A stretch of DNA of 64,000 nucleotides. Source: Wickerhamiella versatilis (Eukaryota). The notes under the pieces are model-generated. The model did no database searches. It was not told the origin of the DNA and worked only from the letters and a program-made list of their open reading frames with translations. Made by a program: the position numbers and the translations under genes. Below are positions 27,863 to 38,734 of this stretch, one piece after another (position 1 is the stretch's first letter; each line of letters begins with the position of its first letter). Where the stretch lies: positions 372,001 to 436,000 of the forward strand of contig JAQOWU010000001.1 in assembly GCA_030867685.1 (NCBI GenBank), in the 5' to 3' direction.

Positions 27863-30800
27863 CTACTTGAACACCTTAGCGATTCCCTTGGTAACCTTCT
27901 TCCATCCAGACACACCTTCTTTAGAATCAAGCGCCTTCAAAGCTTTTGTAGGGTCTTGTCCCAATTGCTTGAGCAGATCGGAAGGCCTATTCTTCAACTC
28001 GTTAATCACTGTCTTGGGATCACTTTTGAGTTCTTTAGCAAGCTGATTGACATCCTTGCCAGTAAGTTTCTTTGCGAAAGCATCCATGTCAGCTTTACCT
28101 GTGCTTCCGCCTTCCTGTGGCGTTCCAGGGGCATCTTTAAAGCCGTCCTCAGTTCCTGGGGTGCGCTTTGAACTGGCTCCCGCCGCGCCTGTAGACGAAA
28201 CAGGCTCACTAGCACCTGGAGCTGCACCGTAATTTGCGCGACTAGTATCTCCTTTTCCAATGGCATCGCTTGCTTGGCTCTTGCCAGATGGAATCTTGTC
28301 GCTTTCATACTTGTTCGTGCTTGTTCCAGCAGCCCCTGTGGTAGAGAATGGCTCCTTCGAACCTGATACAGCACGACTATCACCTCCTTGGTGGATAGTA
28401 TCGTTAGCATAGCTCTTACCGGAAGCAATCTTATCACCTTCAAACGGGTTATTGCTCTTTCCGGCAGCCCCTGTGGTAGAGAATGGCTCATTAGAGCCTG
28501 ATACGGCACGACTGCCATCGCCTCGCTGTTGAATAGTGTCGCTTGCATAGCTCTTACCGGAAGCAACCCTATCACCTCCGAATGGGTTATTACTCGCAGC
28601 GGTAGCACCCGTGGTAGCAAGTGGATCATTAGAGCCTGATACGGCACGACTACCATCACCTCCTTGGCCAATGGTATCACTTGCATAGCTCTTACCAGAT
28701 GCAATCTTGTCACTCACATACTGGGGAGGGTAGTCCTCAGTTTCATTGCGATGAACAACGCCATAGGGCTCCTTTTCAATGCCAGATTTCGAGGCCTTGT
28801 TACCATACGCCGATGTCGAGGAGCCATGGAGCTCCTTAGAAGACACAGGGTTGGCAGCTTGATCATCTTTGGCATTCTGGGTGATGTAGCTCGTGTCATA
28901 AGTTGAATCGCTCTTCGGTAGAGTATTTTTAATGTCTTCCTGTTTGCTAGGTTCGTAGAAGTCTGAACCAACGAAGTCACGAGGGTCTGTGGCATAAAAT
29001 AGCTTACCACCACCTTGGGCACTGGGCGTGTCACCTCCCTTTATACCTGATTCCCCAGTATACGCATTCGGGGCAACGTTACCCACAGATGTATCACCTA
29101 CCAGAGCAGAGCCACCTGCAGTTGCACCACCGGCGGCAATACCACCGGCGGCCGCACCACCTAGAGCAGTTGGCACCTTATCCGTCTCATTTCGGGAATA
29201 GCTTGTAGCATCTTGTGCTAGCTTGTCTTGCTTAAGTCCACTTTCAGTGCCGTCGCTAGGGGTAGCAAACTCAGAAACATTCTTCAGAGATGGAGATTTA
29301 ACTACTCCAGGTGGAGAAGAGGGAAATGCACCAGTTGTAGCAACTGTATGTGCTTCTGAGTCTTCGGGCTCAAAATATTCGTCTTCTTGCTCTGTTTCGG
29401 CTGAAATGCCTTTATTCAGCCCCTGAGCTGAGTCTTCAGTCTCGGCCTTTGACTTCGGCAAGCTAGTTTCAGGTAAGTTTGCCTTAGAGATGCTTGACTC
29501 GGGTACATGAGGCACAGACTTATTTGTTTCGTTCAACGCCAAGCCAGACGCACCCGGAGCAAACAATTCATCTGGATTAGCAGAGGGATCAGTACCATAT
29601 CCTTTCGAAAACTCATATTCATCAGAACCACCTGCAGGTTGTGCTCCTAGGCCCGTAGCGGGCTCATATACCTTATCTGCTCCTGCGAAGCCACCACCAC
29701 CATATGATCCGTATGATCCAGCTTTGATTTCTCTTTCAGAAGGAACTTCAGGTTCGAATTCTGTATGTGGAGTCGAGAATTCGGCGCCATTATCATAAGG
29801 GCTTTGAACTGGAACCGCACCGAAATTTTCCTTTGAGCTATCTACCCGACTCGCCCGCTTGTCAGGAGAAATGTGGTAGTGCGGCACTTTACTCTCAGGC
29901 AACCCTGTACCAGCAGACTCCTCTGAACCATAGGTTCCAGCTGGTTTCCGAGAGTTATAGAAGTTGGGCGTGTTGTCAACTTCAGGCTTATAGGCTGCAG
30001 TTTCTGTCTGTGGCTCATATGATGCGCCAACCGCATTTCCACGGCTCTGGCTGGGTTGACTTTCAGAATATATCGAGGAATCGCGAGTATAAGATGGAAC
30101 TTCAGAAGCAACAGGAACCACTCCAGGCACCGCACTCTCATAAAACCCATGAGAACCTTCAGCTTCGCGAGAATGATATTTGGGGGAGGCCGGGTCAAGA
30201 GTCGACGGATATGGATCCAACTCACCGCTATTTTGAGTGAGCCCAGCAGCCGCATCATGTTTCAAGCCGGAGACCTGAGAAGGCAACTCAGATTTACCTT
30301 GAGCATAATCAGCAGCAGAGAAGTCACTCGTTTTAGGAATGTCTATACCCAAGTCACCTTTCTCTAAGGGTGCAGGGCCGCCAAGCTCCTTGCTAACAGG
30401 TTCGGCATACTTATCTGCCACGCTCGATTTCTTATCGGTCCCAGCAGCATACGCTGTCGCGATTCCAGCACCAGCACCAGCACCAATACCAATACCACTA
30501 GCTGAAAGACCTGTTCCAGTGCCACTACCAGTACTGGTCGCATCTTCAAGACCCTTACCTACGTTAGTGCCAGTTCCTGTTCCAGTGCCAGTAGCAGCTT
30601 CAGTGTTTATTCCGCCCAACGAATCAGCTGCTACGCCAGGCTGACTGAACCCAGCGTTAGCTGAATGATTCACATTACCCACATCTGCAGCTAGGTTGGT
30701 CCTAGGTATATCGCGACTCAAAGAGTTGGGCGAGAAGTCATCGTCTTCTTCGGCAGTGTGAGCCGATAGGGCGCTTATACCACTAAGATCACGACGGTGA

Positions 30801-32260
30801 CCGGATCCGGCTGCTCCAGCTGCCCCGGCTCCGGCTGCTCCGGCACCAATTGCTGCCCCCGTCGCTAGTCCTGTTCCGGCTTCGGGTTCTGCTCCGGATC
30901 CTGCTCCTGTAGCTGCTGGTGACTCAACAGCAGCCGACTTGGCATTCGCAGATCCAACTGCAGGTGACGCAACGGCAGATCTCTCTGTATCGGGGCTCTC
31001 TTGCGCAGATGAGGCATAGCTATAGTCGCCAGGGATAGTATTGACGCCGCTCAACTTAGAGATCGCACCATACCAGGCGGCAAGTTCTTCATACGAGGTT
31101 GCTTTAAAGGTGTATTTGTGACGACTGGCGATGACTTTCCCTGCATCCTTTGAAATTATCTTGAAGCTCAGATCACCAGATCCCCTTGCAGGCAATCCTG
31201 ACACCTCAGATTCAGGAATATACAAGCTTAAGACAGGATGAGGATCCTGTGATGGATCTGGCGAATCGTACTGGTGAAGGAAGCCTGCGCGGGTAAGCAC
31301 ATAATGACCCGGCTTCGATGACTTCAAGTAGGTACCCTTACGATAAAGTGAGCCTTCGATAAGAGGTTGAGTCGAGGGATCATTATAGTTCTGGTAAGTA
31401 ACTTTGTCCGCCTCACGCTGGTACCCAGTTTCGGGTGTTAAAAAGCCCTTGTTAGATTGAACAAACTTTTGCCATTCTTCAGAAGGTGTCACCTTGGCGA
31501 ATGCATGATTAATTGTGGCAGCTGAACCATGCGCAGACTCGTAATACCGGCCTTGAAGCTGGGCCAAGGAACCGATGCTTTGCTGAAGGACTTCAATTAT
31601 GTGTTGCTCCAATGTAGCAAAGGTGTGCTGAATAGCTAAAGAGTTCTCTGACTCCGTGTTTTCACGAGCAAGTTGTTCTTGAACTGACGATAGCACGCGG
31701 CGATTCCACAGATAGGGATCGTACTTGATATCAGCCTTTCCGGGCTGAGGAGCACCTTGGGTAGCCACAGTGCGACCCAGGTATTCGATGTTCTTCTGGG
31801 TGTTCTCCCTAAGCTTCTCAATGTCTTTGGTTGCTTTGATATGTTGGGTCCGTACATGCTTATACTGGCGATCCAAATCTGCACCAAGAGACTCCAGGTT
31901 CGGGATGATACTTTGCTTGACTACCTGGGCAAATCTCTCGCTTTCCCCTATCTGCGTTTCGGTTTCCGAGGAAAGAGTTGCGAATATTTGAGCGATATCG
32001 CCGGACTCGGCGATCCGGGAGGAGACACCCTGTCCACCTTGCACAGACAATCCGTCGAACTCAGGCGGCTCTGCGACGGCCCGACGCTGTTTCTCAAGGC
32101 CATTGGTGACACTCTGCTGTGTCGAGAATACGCTTGAGGCGTACGACCCCACAACGCTGACAGCCTTCCTCCACGCTTCAAGCCTCTGGATCAGGAGATC
32201 CGACGAACCTACTGGCTCATCTAGCACATCGCTCACTTGATCTGTAAATGGAGATGGCAT
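27863..32260 (-). CDS. SLM1/RGC1-family BAR-PH protein with very long low-complexity C-terminal extension
   Basis: LLIQRLEAWRK, KYDPYL, EEWQKF, PLIEGSLYRK, YVLTRAGFLHQY, P.LSLYIPES, KYTFKATSYEELAAW within the first ~400 aa; the remaining ~1050 aa are G/S/A/T/E-rich. Confidence 0.8.
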   Translation of the reverse strand: MPSPFTDQVSDVLDEPVGSSDLLIQRLEAWRKAVSVVGSYASSVFSTQQSVTNGLEKQRRAVAEPPEFDGLSVQGGQGVSSRIAESGDIAQIFATLSSETETQIGESERFAQVVKQSIIPNLESLGADLDRQYKHVRTQHIKATKDIEKLRENTQKNIEYLGRTVATQGAPQPGKADIKYDPYLWNRRVLSSVQEQLARENTESENSLAIQHTFATLEQHIIEVLQQSIGSLAQLQGRYYESAHGSAATINHAFAKVTPSEEWQKFVQSNKGFLTPETGYQREADKVTYQNYNDPSTQPLIEGSLYRKGTYLKSSKPGHYVLTRAGFLHQYDSPDPSQDPHPVLSLYIPESEVSGLPARGSGDLSFKIISKDAGKVIASRHKYTFKATSYEELAAWYGAISKLSGVNTIPGDYSYASSAQESPDTERSAVASPAVGSANAKSAAVESPAATGAGSGAEPEAGTGLATGAAIGAGAAGAGAAGAAGSGHRRDLSGISALSAHTAEEDDDFSPNSLSRDIPRTNLAADVGNVNHSANAGFSQPGVAADSLGGINTEAATGTGTGTGTNVGKGLEDATSTGSGTGTGLSASGIGIGAGAGAGIATAYAAGTDKKSSVADKYAEPVSKELGGPAPLEKGDLGIDIPKTSDFSAADYAQGKSELPSQVSGLKHDAAAGLTQNSGELDPYPSTLDPASPKYHSREAEGSHGFYESAVPGVVPVASEVPSYTRDSSIYSESQPSQSRGNAVGASYEPQTETAAYKPEVDNTPNFYNSRKPAGTYGSEESAGTGLPESKVPHYHISPDKRASRVDSSKENFGAVPVQSPYDNGAEFSTPHTEFEPEVPSEREIKAGSYGSYGGGGFAGADKVYEPATGLGAQPAGGSDEYEFSKGYGTDPSANPDELFAPGASGLALNETNKSVPHVPESSISKANLPETSLPKSKAETEDSAQGLNKGISAETEQEDEYFEPEDSEAHTVATTGAFPSSPPGVVKSPSLKNVSEFATPSDGTESGLKQDKLAQDATSYSRNETDKVPTALGGAAAGGIAAGGATAGGSALVGDTSVGNVAPNAYTGESGIKGGDTPSAQGGGKLFYATDPRDFVGSDFYEPSKQEDIKNTLPKSDSTYDTSYITQNAKDDQAANPVSSKELHGSSTSAYGNKASKSGIEKEPYGVVHRNETEDYPPQYVSDKIASGKSYASDTIGQGGDGSRAVSGSNDPLATTGATAASNNPFGGDRVASGKSYASDTIQQRGDGSRAVSGSNEPFSTTGAAGKSNNPFEGDKIASGKSYANDTIHQGGDSRAVSGSKEPFSTTGAAGTSTNKYESDKIPSGKSQASDAIGKGDTSRANYGAAPGASEPVSSTGAAGASSKRTPGTEDGFKDAPGTPQEGGSTGKADMDAFAKKLTGKDVNQLAKELKSDPKTVINELKNRPSDLLKQLGQDPTKALKALDSKEGVSGWKKVTKGIAKVFK
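28165..28711 (-). repeat. Coding tandem repeat, ~138-bp (46-aa) unit, four copies (last degenerate)
   Basis: Units start at 28711, 28573, 28435 and 28300 on the minus strand (periods 138, 138, 135); approximate consensus DKIASGKSYASDTI.QGGDGSRAVSGSNEPFSTTGAAG.SNNPFEG. Confidence 0.9.
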
Positions 32261-33097
32261 AGTGAGGACTTAGAAATACAAAGTATTAATTCCTATTATA
32301 TATGCCTGTGGAGTGCGTGGATCCTGGGGTTAGGGCGGTAGAATTCACGTTGGGAAGCAGGCCAATAAACGTCTCCTCAGGCTTGGGCCACTATTGCTCA
32401 AAACAATCACATTGATGCCAGAAATCAACTCTGACTACGCTGAAAGTTCTGGGGATCTAATTGTTGCATATAATATATATTTTTACGCCTACCCAAGCAC
32501 ACAGCAAGCAAGCGCGATGCTGAATAATCAGGCGTCATACTTGCTTGCTGAAATTGCGACAATTCTGGAAGTGTCAAATCCTCTTCAGCTAGGTTATGCT
32601 TTGTAAATCGATTGCGGCATAGATATATGTGTGGGCTCGTGCTCCCTGACCCAAATGCAGCTAAAAATAGAATAACGAAGATATAAAGATAAGTCTAGTC
32701 ATGCGAGCAAAAAAACTCAGGCGTCCAGATTTCTTCAAGTCGCGAAATAAGTTAAATTAAGCCATAGTGGCATGTTTGCGTGTAAGGTATTAAAATTTTA
32801 ATAACGTAAACTTGTAAGACGCGTAGTGTAATCAACGTAACGTAGACTGAAAAATCAGGGAAACTTATCACTAGGATGTCGACAAAAAAAACAATATCGT
32901 TTCATACTGGCTTAATCTAATGCACGAGTCACATCACTCCACCCTGTGAGCATGTACTATATTTATTGCACTGCCCCCTATTGTGATGTTTTTAGAGCAA
33001 GTTTACATAAAACCCCTTTTTATTAGTCAAAATCGGCGTCTTCCACAAATCCTGACTCACCGAACGTGGCAGGTAGAAACTACACTCTCCTTTTATA

Positions 33098-33724
33098 ATG
33101 GTCGCTGGCGAGAGCATCCGTAAGAAGCTCGTTATAGTTGGAGACGGTGCATGCGGTAAGACTTGTCTGCTGATTGTTTTCTCCAAAGGCACCTTCCCTG
33201 AGGTCTATGTTCCTACGGTATTTGACAACTATGTCTCTGATGTGATCGTTGATGGGCGACGTGTGGCGTTGGCTCTTTGGGATACTGCTGGGCAGGAGGA
33301 TTACGACCGTCTGCGTCCGCTCTCATATCCTGACACCAACGTACTCCTCGTGTGTTTCTCTATTGACAGTCCTGACTCACTTGATAATGTAAAAGAAAAA
33401 TGGTATTCCGAAGTTTTGCATTACTGCCGCGGCGTTCCTATCATTCTCGTAGGGTGCAAGCTCGATCTCCGTGACGACCCACGCACAATCGAGATGTTGC
33501 ACCGCACCTCCCAGTCACCTGTATCATCGGCTGAGGGCCAGGAGGTCGCTGATAAAATCAGTGCCCGCGGTTACTATGAGTGCTCTGCGCGAACTGGTCA
33601 GGGTGTAAATGAGGTTTTTGAGGCCGCGACTCGTGCTGCCTGCGAGCCACGATCCAAGCAGGCCAAGCCGTCCAAAAAAAAGAAGAAGGACAAGTCGAAG
33701 TCAAAGAAGTGTGCAATCCTATAG
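33098..33724 (+). CDS. RHO1: Rho-family GTPase Rho1
   Basis: [40 protein letters not shown], polybasic tail and CAAX (CAIL). Confidence 0.92.
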   Translation: MVAGESIRKKLVIVGDGACGKTCLLIVFSKGTFPEVYVPTVFDNYVSDVIVDGRRVALALWDTAGQEDYDRLRPLSYPDTNVLLVCFSIDSPDSLDNVKEKWYSEVLHYCRGVPIILVGCKLDLRDDPRTIEMLHRTSQSPVSSAEGQEVADKISARGYYECSARTGQGVNEVFEAATRAACEPRSKQAKPSKKKKKDKSKSKKCAIL

Positions 33725-33981
33725 GTATATTTTTAATTCGTAACGCTCTTAGACTATTCAGCGAGCCCATGGGGCTTGCATGCTGGTACAGAGAAAGTTT
33801 ATCACTGCACCGAATGAAGTGGTCGACTCGGTTCGGGTCGGGTACGAACAACATATTTGTTTACAGCATTCATTAATAGTACTAGTTAACGGTATAGGAA
33901 AGCCCTGTATAATTTCTATAACTTAAAGATCAGTTACTTTTCATATCTATTCTCAAGCGGCTATTTGAGTGTATATATCGT

Positions 33982-35484
33982 CTAAAATTTTGATCCAGCG
34001 GACATGGCTCTGCTGCGAGTGGAGTACTGTTCATCGGCATGGGTACGTACGTAGCCATATTTCTTGACGAACTCATCAGCCTCGGCAGGTCCACGCGAGC
34101 CATATGGATACGAGCTCACAGGCACCTCACCGGCATCAATTTTATGCAACAGAGGTGTGAAGATCTTCCATGCCAGATCCAGTTCGTCATCCCGTACGAA
34201 ATTCGAGTGATCGTCCTTCAAACAGTCAAGAATGAGGGCCTCATATGCCTGAGGGATTTTAATATTACCGAAATGCTGATGATAAGTAAGGTCAAGGTCC
34301 GAAATGACAGGCTTCGTCTCCAAACCAGGATACTTCTGGTTGAGCTTAACATATACCGCCTCAGAGGGCTGTACACGGACCACTAGCTCATTTCGCCCAA
34401 TGTTGGTGAACAACCCTGGGGCGACTGCCTTGAACTGTATGCGAATCTCAACCTTCTGCTCATCAAGGGCCTTACCCGCCTTCAGAATGAAGGGCACACC
34501 GTCCCATCTGTCATTGCGGATATACAATGTCATTGCAGCATAAGTGGGGGTCTTCGAGTCCTTGTTCTGGATACTGTCATCCTCCAGATAGCCAGGTTTT
34601 CCGTTGGCGGCAGAATATTGGCCCAAAAGGGCGTTATCGATCTTGACAGGGTCGATACACTTAAGAACCTTCACCTTCTCGTCACGAATATCCTCAGGGG
34701 CAAGCGAAACCGGACGCTCCATAGCGGTTATCGACAGAACCTGCATCAAATGGTTTTGCATCACATCACGAATAATTCCGATGTTGTCGAAGTATCCGCC
34801 ACGTCCCTCGGTACCAAATGGCTCCTTAAAGGTTATTTGAACGCTCGAGATACTCAAGGCATTCCAGGACCTCAGGAAAAACAAGTTTGCGAAACGAAGG
34901 ATCAGAAGATTTTTGACCATCTCCTTACCGAGGTAATGATCTATACGGTAAATTTCTGACTCGTTGAATAGTGGAGCAAGCTTATTTTGTAGCTCCCGAC
35001 TGGACTGAAGGTCATGGCCAAACGGCTTTTCGATGATAACTCGGAATCGTCCCTCCTCAGGCGTCAGATAGCAATGCTTTTTGATCTTAGCACCAACGGG
35101 GGCGAACTCCGAGGGGGGCAGTGCCAAGTAGAACAGACGACTGGGAATTCCCTGGCTCGAATCTTCCTTCTCAATGCCTCTCAGAACTGTGTCCAAGTGC
35201 TGGAAGTCCTTGTCTGCATCGTACTGGCCACGCACGTACTGAGATCTTGCGATGAACTCATCGAGCTTGGCCTTCGAAGCATTCTTGGGAAGATATGAGG
35301 TCAATTTCGAAATAAACTTCTCTGACGATAAGTCTGAGCGAGCATAGCCCACGATTCGGACACTTGAAGGCAACAGATTCTCAGCAAACAAGCCGAATAG
35401 GGCTGGGAAAGTCTTCTTGGACGCAAGATCTCCGCTTGCTCCAAAAATTATTACAGTAACGTTCTCCTTCTCACCGCTGGGCAT
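33982..35484 (-). CDS. ZWF1: Glucose-6-phosphate dehydrogenase
   Basis: GASGDLASKK, EKPFG, RIDHYLGKE, DVMQNHL; C-terminus is SKF. Confidence 0.98.
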   Translation of the reverse strand: MPSGEKENVTVIIFGASGDLASKKTFPALFGLFAENLLPSSVRIVGYARSDLSSEKFISKLTSYLPKNASKAKLDEFIARSQYVRGQYDADKDFQHLDTVLRGIEKEDSSQGIPSRLFYLALPPSEFAPVGAKIKKHCYLTPEEGRFRVIIEKPFGHDLQSSRELQNKLAPLFNESEIYRIDHYLGKEMVKNLLILRFANLFFLRSWNALSISSVQITFKEPFGTEGRGGYFDNIGIIRDVMQNHLMQVLSITAMERPVSLAPEDIRDEKVKVLKCIDPVKIDNALLGQYSAANGKPGYLEDDSIQNKDSKTPTYAAMTLYIRNDRWDGVPFILKAGKALDEQKVEIRIQFKAVAPGLFTNIGRNELVVRVQPSEAVYVKLNQKYPGLETKPVISDLDLTYHQHFGNIKIPQAYEALILDCLKDDHSNFVRDDELDLAWKIFTPLLHKIDAGEVPVSSYPYGSRGPAEADEFVKKYGYVRTHADEQYSTRSRAMSAGSKF

Positions 35485-36176
35485 AATAGTAGTCGTTGGG
35501 AGGTGTCTCTAAAGCTTATATAGCTAGATTCAAGCGATATTATCTAATCGTGTTGCTGGTCTAGCCCACTTCCCACGTTGACTATGCCCACCAGGTGAAA
35601 GAGGCCGGTCTTTGACCTCAAAATGAAAACCAAAGGCCTAAATTTAGTAAAGAACTTTCTCAGGATGGCCGTATACTTGTTATTCAGTCATTGATCAGCG
35701 CCACGATTCTCCCTCTTGACATCATTATTAGTAGTCATATGGATAAATGAGGCTCCTCGTATATGCAGCACGTGTTTTAACAGAATGTTTGTGAAATAGT
35801 TCTCATAGTTTGTTTTTTATATCTAACTTGACAAACTAAAATATTCCGACGCCCACCTATCATCGCGACAGTCTTATAGCCGAGCCCTATCCACGAAATT
35901 GCCAATTCAATTCAACATATTTTTTGTTTGTCATGCTTCTCGTAAGTCAGAATCATCGGCTATCTAACCTATGACGAATGATGCAGCTATGGGCACCCTT
36001 AAAGAATACAGAGTCTTTATGTTCTTATTTTCCATATCGGTTTAGAAGGAAGCCAAAATGCCGATGATCCAACAAAGCCATCAATGGCAATCGTTAATTT
36101 TTTTTCAAGAAGGGTAAATGTGGCCTTCCTAACCCAACTCGCGCGAAGTTCCACAGAGCGGAAACCGTTTCTGGTA

Positions 36177-36749
36177 ATGACATCCTACCCATTAATTGGA
36201 TACGTTTTGACGCCAGTCGTCAATGTAGATGGATCAGCAACCGTTGTTCCTTCCAATGGGTCTAATGCGCCGCCAATAATTGTACCTGCGTCGGCGGCCG
36301 CAGGCATTGCGCCAAATTTGCTAGCCCAAGAAAGTCATAAGGATTCCGAGGATGCCAAAGATTCTCCGGTACCTCAACCCGTACAACCTTTAACCAGTGG
36401 GCTGGATCTGTCCTCGCCTGCCATCTCAATTGATTCGGTACCACCCACGCCCATGACGCCTATGACCCCTATGACCCCGAGCATTCCTCCAGTAAAACGG
36501 TGCACTTCCTCGGCCAAGGGCAAAGTTAAGAAGGTTGTGGGCCTCAGTAAAAATGATGGCTATAAGATTGATCTCGAAGGCAATCCCAAGAAATGGAAGA
36601 ACGTCACAGGACTTGTTCAAAAGCACCAAGGATTTAGCCCTAAAGAAGCAAAGCTCTCCCCTGACTTTGCCAAAGGCCAGGAGGACGCGGGATCTTTTTT
36701 ATTCCTTAACCTCCGCCAGCCCTATGCATGGAAGCGACGTAGCAAGTAG
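36177..36749 (+). CDS. Hypothetical disordered protein with TP repeats and basic C-terminus
   Basis: ATG 36177 (or in-frame 36084); PAISID, TPMTPMTPMTP, lysine-rich tail; no family recognised. Confidence 0.55.
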   Translation: MTSYPLIGYVLTPVVNVDGSATVVPSNGSNAPPIIVPASAAAGIAPNLLAQESHKDSEDAKDSPVPQPVQPLTSGLDLSSPAISIDSVPPTPMTPMTPMTPSIPPVKRCTSSAKGKVKKVVGLSKNDGYKIDLEGNPKKWKNVTGLVQKHQGFSPKEAKLSPDFAKGQEDAGSFLFLNLRQPYAWKRRSK

Positions 36750-36890
36750 CTATGCAACTCAATCAAAAATTATCTATATATACATATATATCCATACATA
36801 TCATAACTAGACACAATCTATCATATCATGCATCTGAAACTTTTCTATTCTTGTCTTTGTGTTTGCACGAAGCGCCAATGCAGTGCCTAT

Positions 36891-38306
36891 CTACCACTGT
36901 GTCCCAACTGCGAGAGCCGTTGGAATGGATGGATCCGGCTTCACGGCTTCGTAAGTGGCCTCCAGCAATTCAGATGAGGCATATATGTGCATCTCCTGGA
37001 AATAGCGCGCGACCACATCCGATGAAACGTCGCTATTCAGTATGGTGGAATAAGCCCGGTCGACCTCCGCAGTCCATGCCCGCGCCGAAACATGCTCAGG
37101 CGGGGCAATCTGACCACCTCCATTAACGCAACCCCCAGGGCATGCCATGAGCTCGACATAGTCCCATTGTGTTGGATCAGACCTGCCAGGACGCTGTCTT
37201 ACCACTTTTGACCTGCCTCGAGGGGATGGCTTCAGCTTGCGTACCAAATTCTGGATGTTTCTGAACCCATAAACCTGAGCACCCCGCCAGATTGGGCGTC
37301 CCTCCAGCGTGACAGTATATTCCACAAGGTCATTATTTTGAGATTGGCTTTCCAAGATTGCTCCCGGATTGGCACCAATAATACGAGACATGACATATGC
37401 CAGGTACCCCCCACTGGATGATCCAGCATTTGATAGCCAGCTGGCGTTAGGCCATCCCTGAGGATTAGGCGGCGGCTGCGAAAGAGGTATAGTGTCAAAC
37501 GTCATATCAAAATCTGTCCGCATATATTCAATAAGCTCACGCGCGGTGATCACTAAATCGACTTCCCGGGCTCCATCGAGTTCATACTCCGCGCGGGATG
37601 CTTCAAGCTTTTTGTCAAAACATGGCATTATGCTGAGATGGTAAATCTCGTTCGCACAACGGCCACGCTGGCGTAATATAAGGTCCTTTATGAGTCGTCC
37701 CGTTATCTGCTGCGGCGACCGCACCCGACTCAGAAACGGGATCATTTCTGGATGTGTTTTTTCGGCATAGCAGGTCCAGCCAGGGCATATGCTCGATAAT
37801 ATAGGTTTGTTGCTCCTGCCGGACGTAGCCTCCTGGGCCGTGGTCTCGAGGCTTAAAGCCCTGCCCACTTCTGTCCCAACAACATACTCAAAACCCAACT
37901 TCTGTGCGAAGAACCACGCTAGCTTTGCATCCACCACATCAATTGGCATGTTGAATGCGGCTGCAAGTGAAGCACGGGTCTGGTGGCAAATACTCACGAC
38001 AAAGATTTTGTGACTCTCCTCATGTAAAGCCCGGGCCAGCTCCTTGGGCGACTGTACCTCAACAAGAACGGCCTCTGAAGACGTTATACAGCCACTACAT
38101 GCCAAGCAGTCTGTCAAGCTGATTTCAGCCGGTTTGAGTTTACGTTCCTGACCGGCAGTATCAACCTCGACGGGTGCACCATCGGTTCCGATCTCAATGG
38201 CAGCGCCCGGATTGTCACCACTCTTCTCCACCTCGACTGGCTTGATACAGGCTGCACCAGGCGTTATAAAGTCATTCAAGTCGTCGGCCGACAATATGGC
38301 ACTCAT
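36891..38306 (-). CDS. NAR1: Cytosolic Fe-S assembly factor Nar1
   Basis: MSAILSADDLNDFITPGAACIKP (ATG 38306), SLTDCLACSGCITS, SICPGW, MPCFDKKLEA, MACPGGCVNGGG, terminal Trp. Confidence 0.96.
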   Translation of the reverse strand: MSAILSADDLNDFITPGAACIKPVEVEKSGDNPGAAIEIGTDGAPVEVDTAGQERKLKPAEISLTDCLACSGCITSSEAVLVEVQSPKELARALHEESHKIFVVSICHQTRASLAAAFNMPIDVVDAKLAWFFAQKLGFEYVVGTEVGRALSLETTAQEATSGRSNKPILSSICPGWTCYAEKTHPEMIPFLSRVRSPQQITGRLIKDLILRQRGRCANEIYHLSIMPCFDKKLEASRAEYELDGAREVDLVITARELIEYMRTDFDMTFDTIPLSQPPPNPQGWPNASWLSNAGSSSGGYLAYVMSRIIGANPGAILESQSQNNDLVEYTVTLEGRPIWRGAQVYGFRNIQNLVRKLKPSPRGRSKVVRQRPGRSDPTQWDYVELMACPGGCVNGGGQIAPPEHVSARAWTAEVDRAYSTILNSDVSSDVVARYFQEMHIYASSELLEATYEAVKPDPSIPTALAVGTQW

Positions 38307-38734
38307 GAAAAAAGACCACTTATGACTCAGCGGCGCCACAGACCTTAGGTTTCCGGTCTCAAACACCGAAGTCCAGACCTTATTATCGGAGATTGGGGCA
38401 CGCCTGGCACATTGCTCAGGCCAGGAGGTGATATCAATTCTTTTCCCCCGGTTGCCAGTTTTTTTTTGCTCTCCAGCAATCATAATTATACCCTGCTGTT
38501 TATATATAACCATGATGAAATGCTGTAATTATTATAGTCCACCCTTAAACATTAGTGAGCCAGCTATTATATGCCTTGTGCAGATATCACCATCCAATCA
38601 TCATATGGTCACCACACATCAAACCATGCTAAGGTGCCTCGTGACATAACGATAAGGTTAGCGCAAGAACCCTAACCCGATTTCCTATTCCACTGAAGCC
38701 GTTCCCTCTTAATCATATTTACCCGCCGCCAGCC

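Noticed and set aside
28006..28713. 235-aa alternative-frame ORF inside the SLM1-like gene
   Set aside because: A by-product of the in-frame tandem repeat lacking stops in a second frame; no independent protein features.
32394..32606. 70-aa ORF in the SLM1-like/RHO1 divergent promoter
   Set aside because: Non-ATG start in the track, no recognisable features, and it lies in promoter-like sequence.
38307..38513. 69-aa N-terminal extension of NAR1
   Set aside because: The conserved Nar1 start MSAILS begins at 38306; the upstream part looks like promoter sequence.
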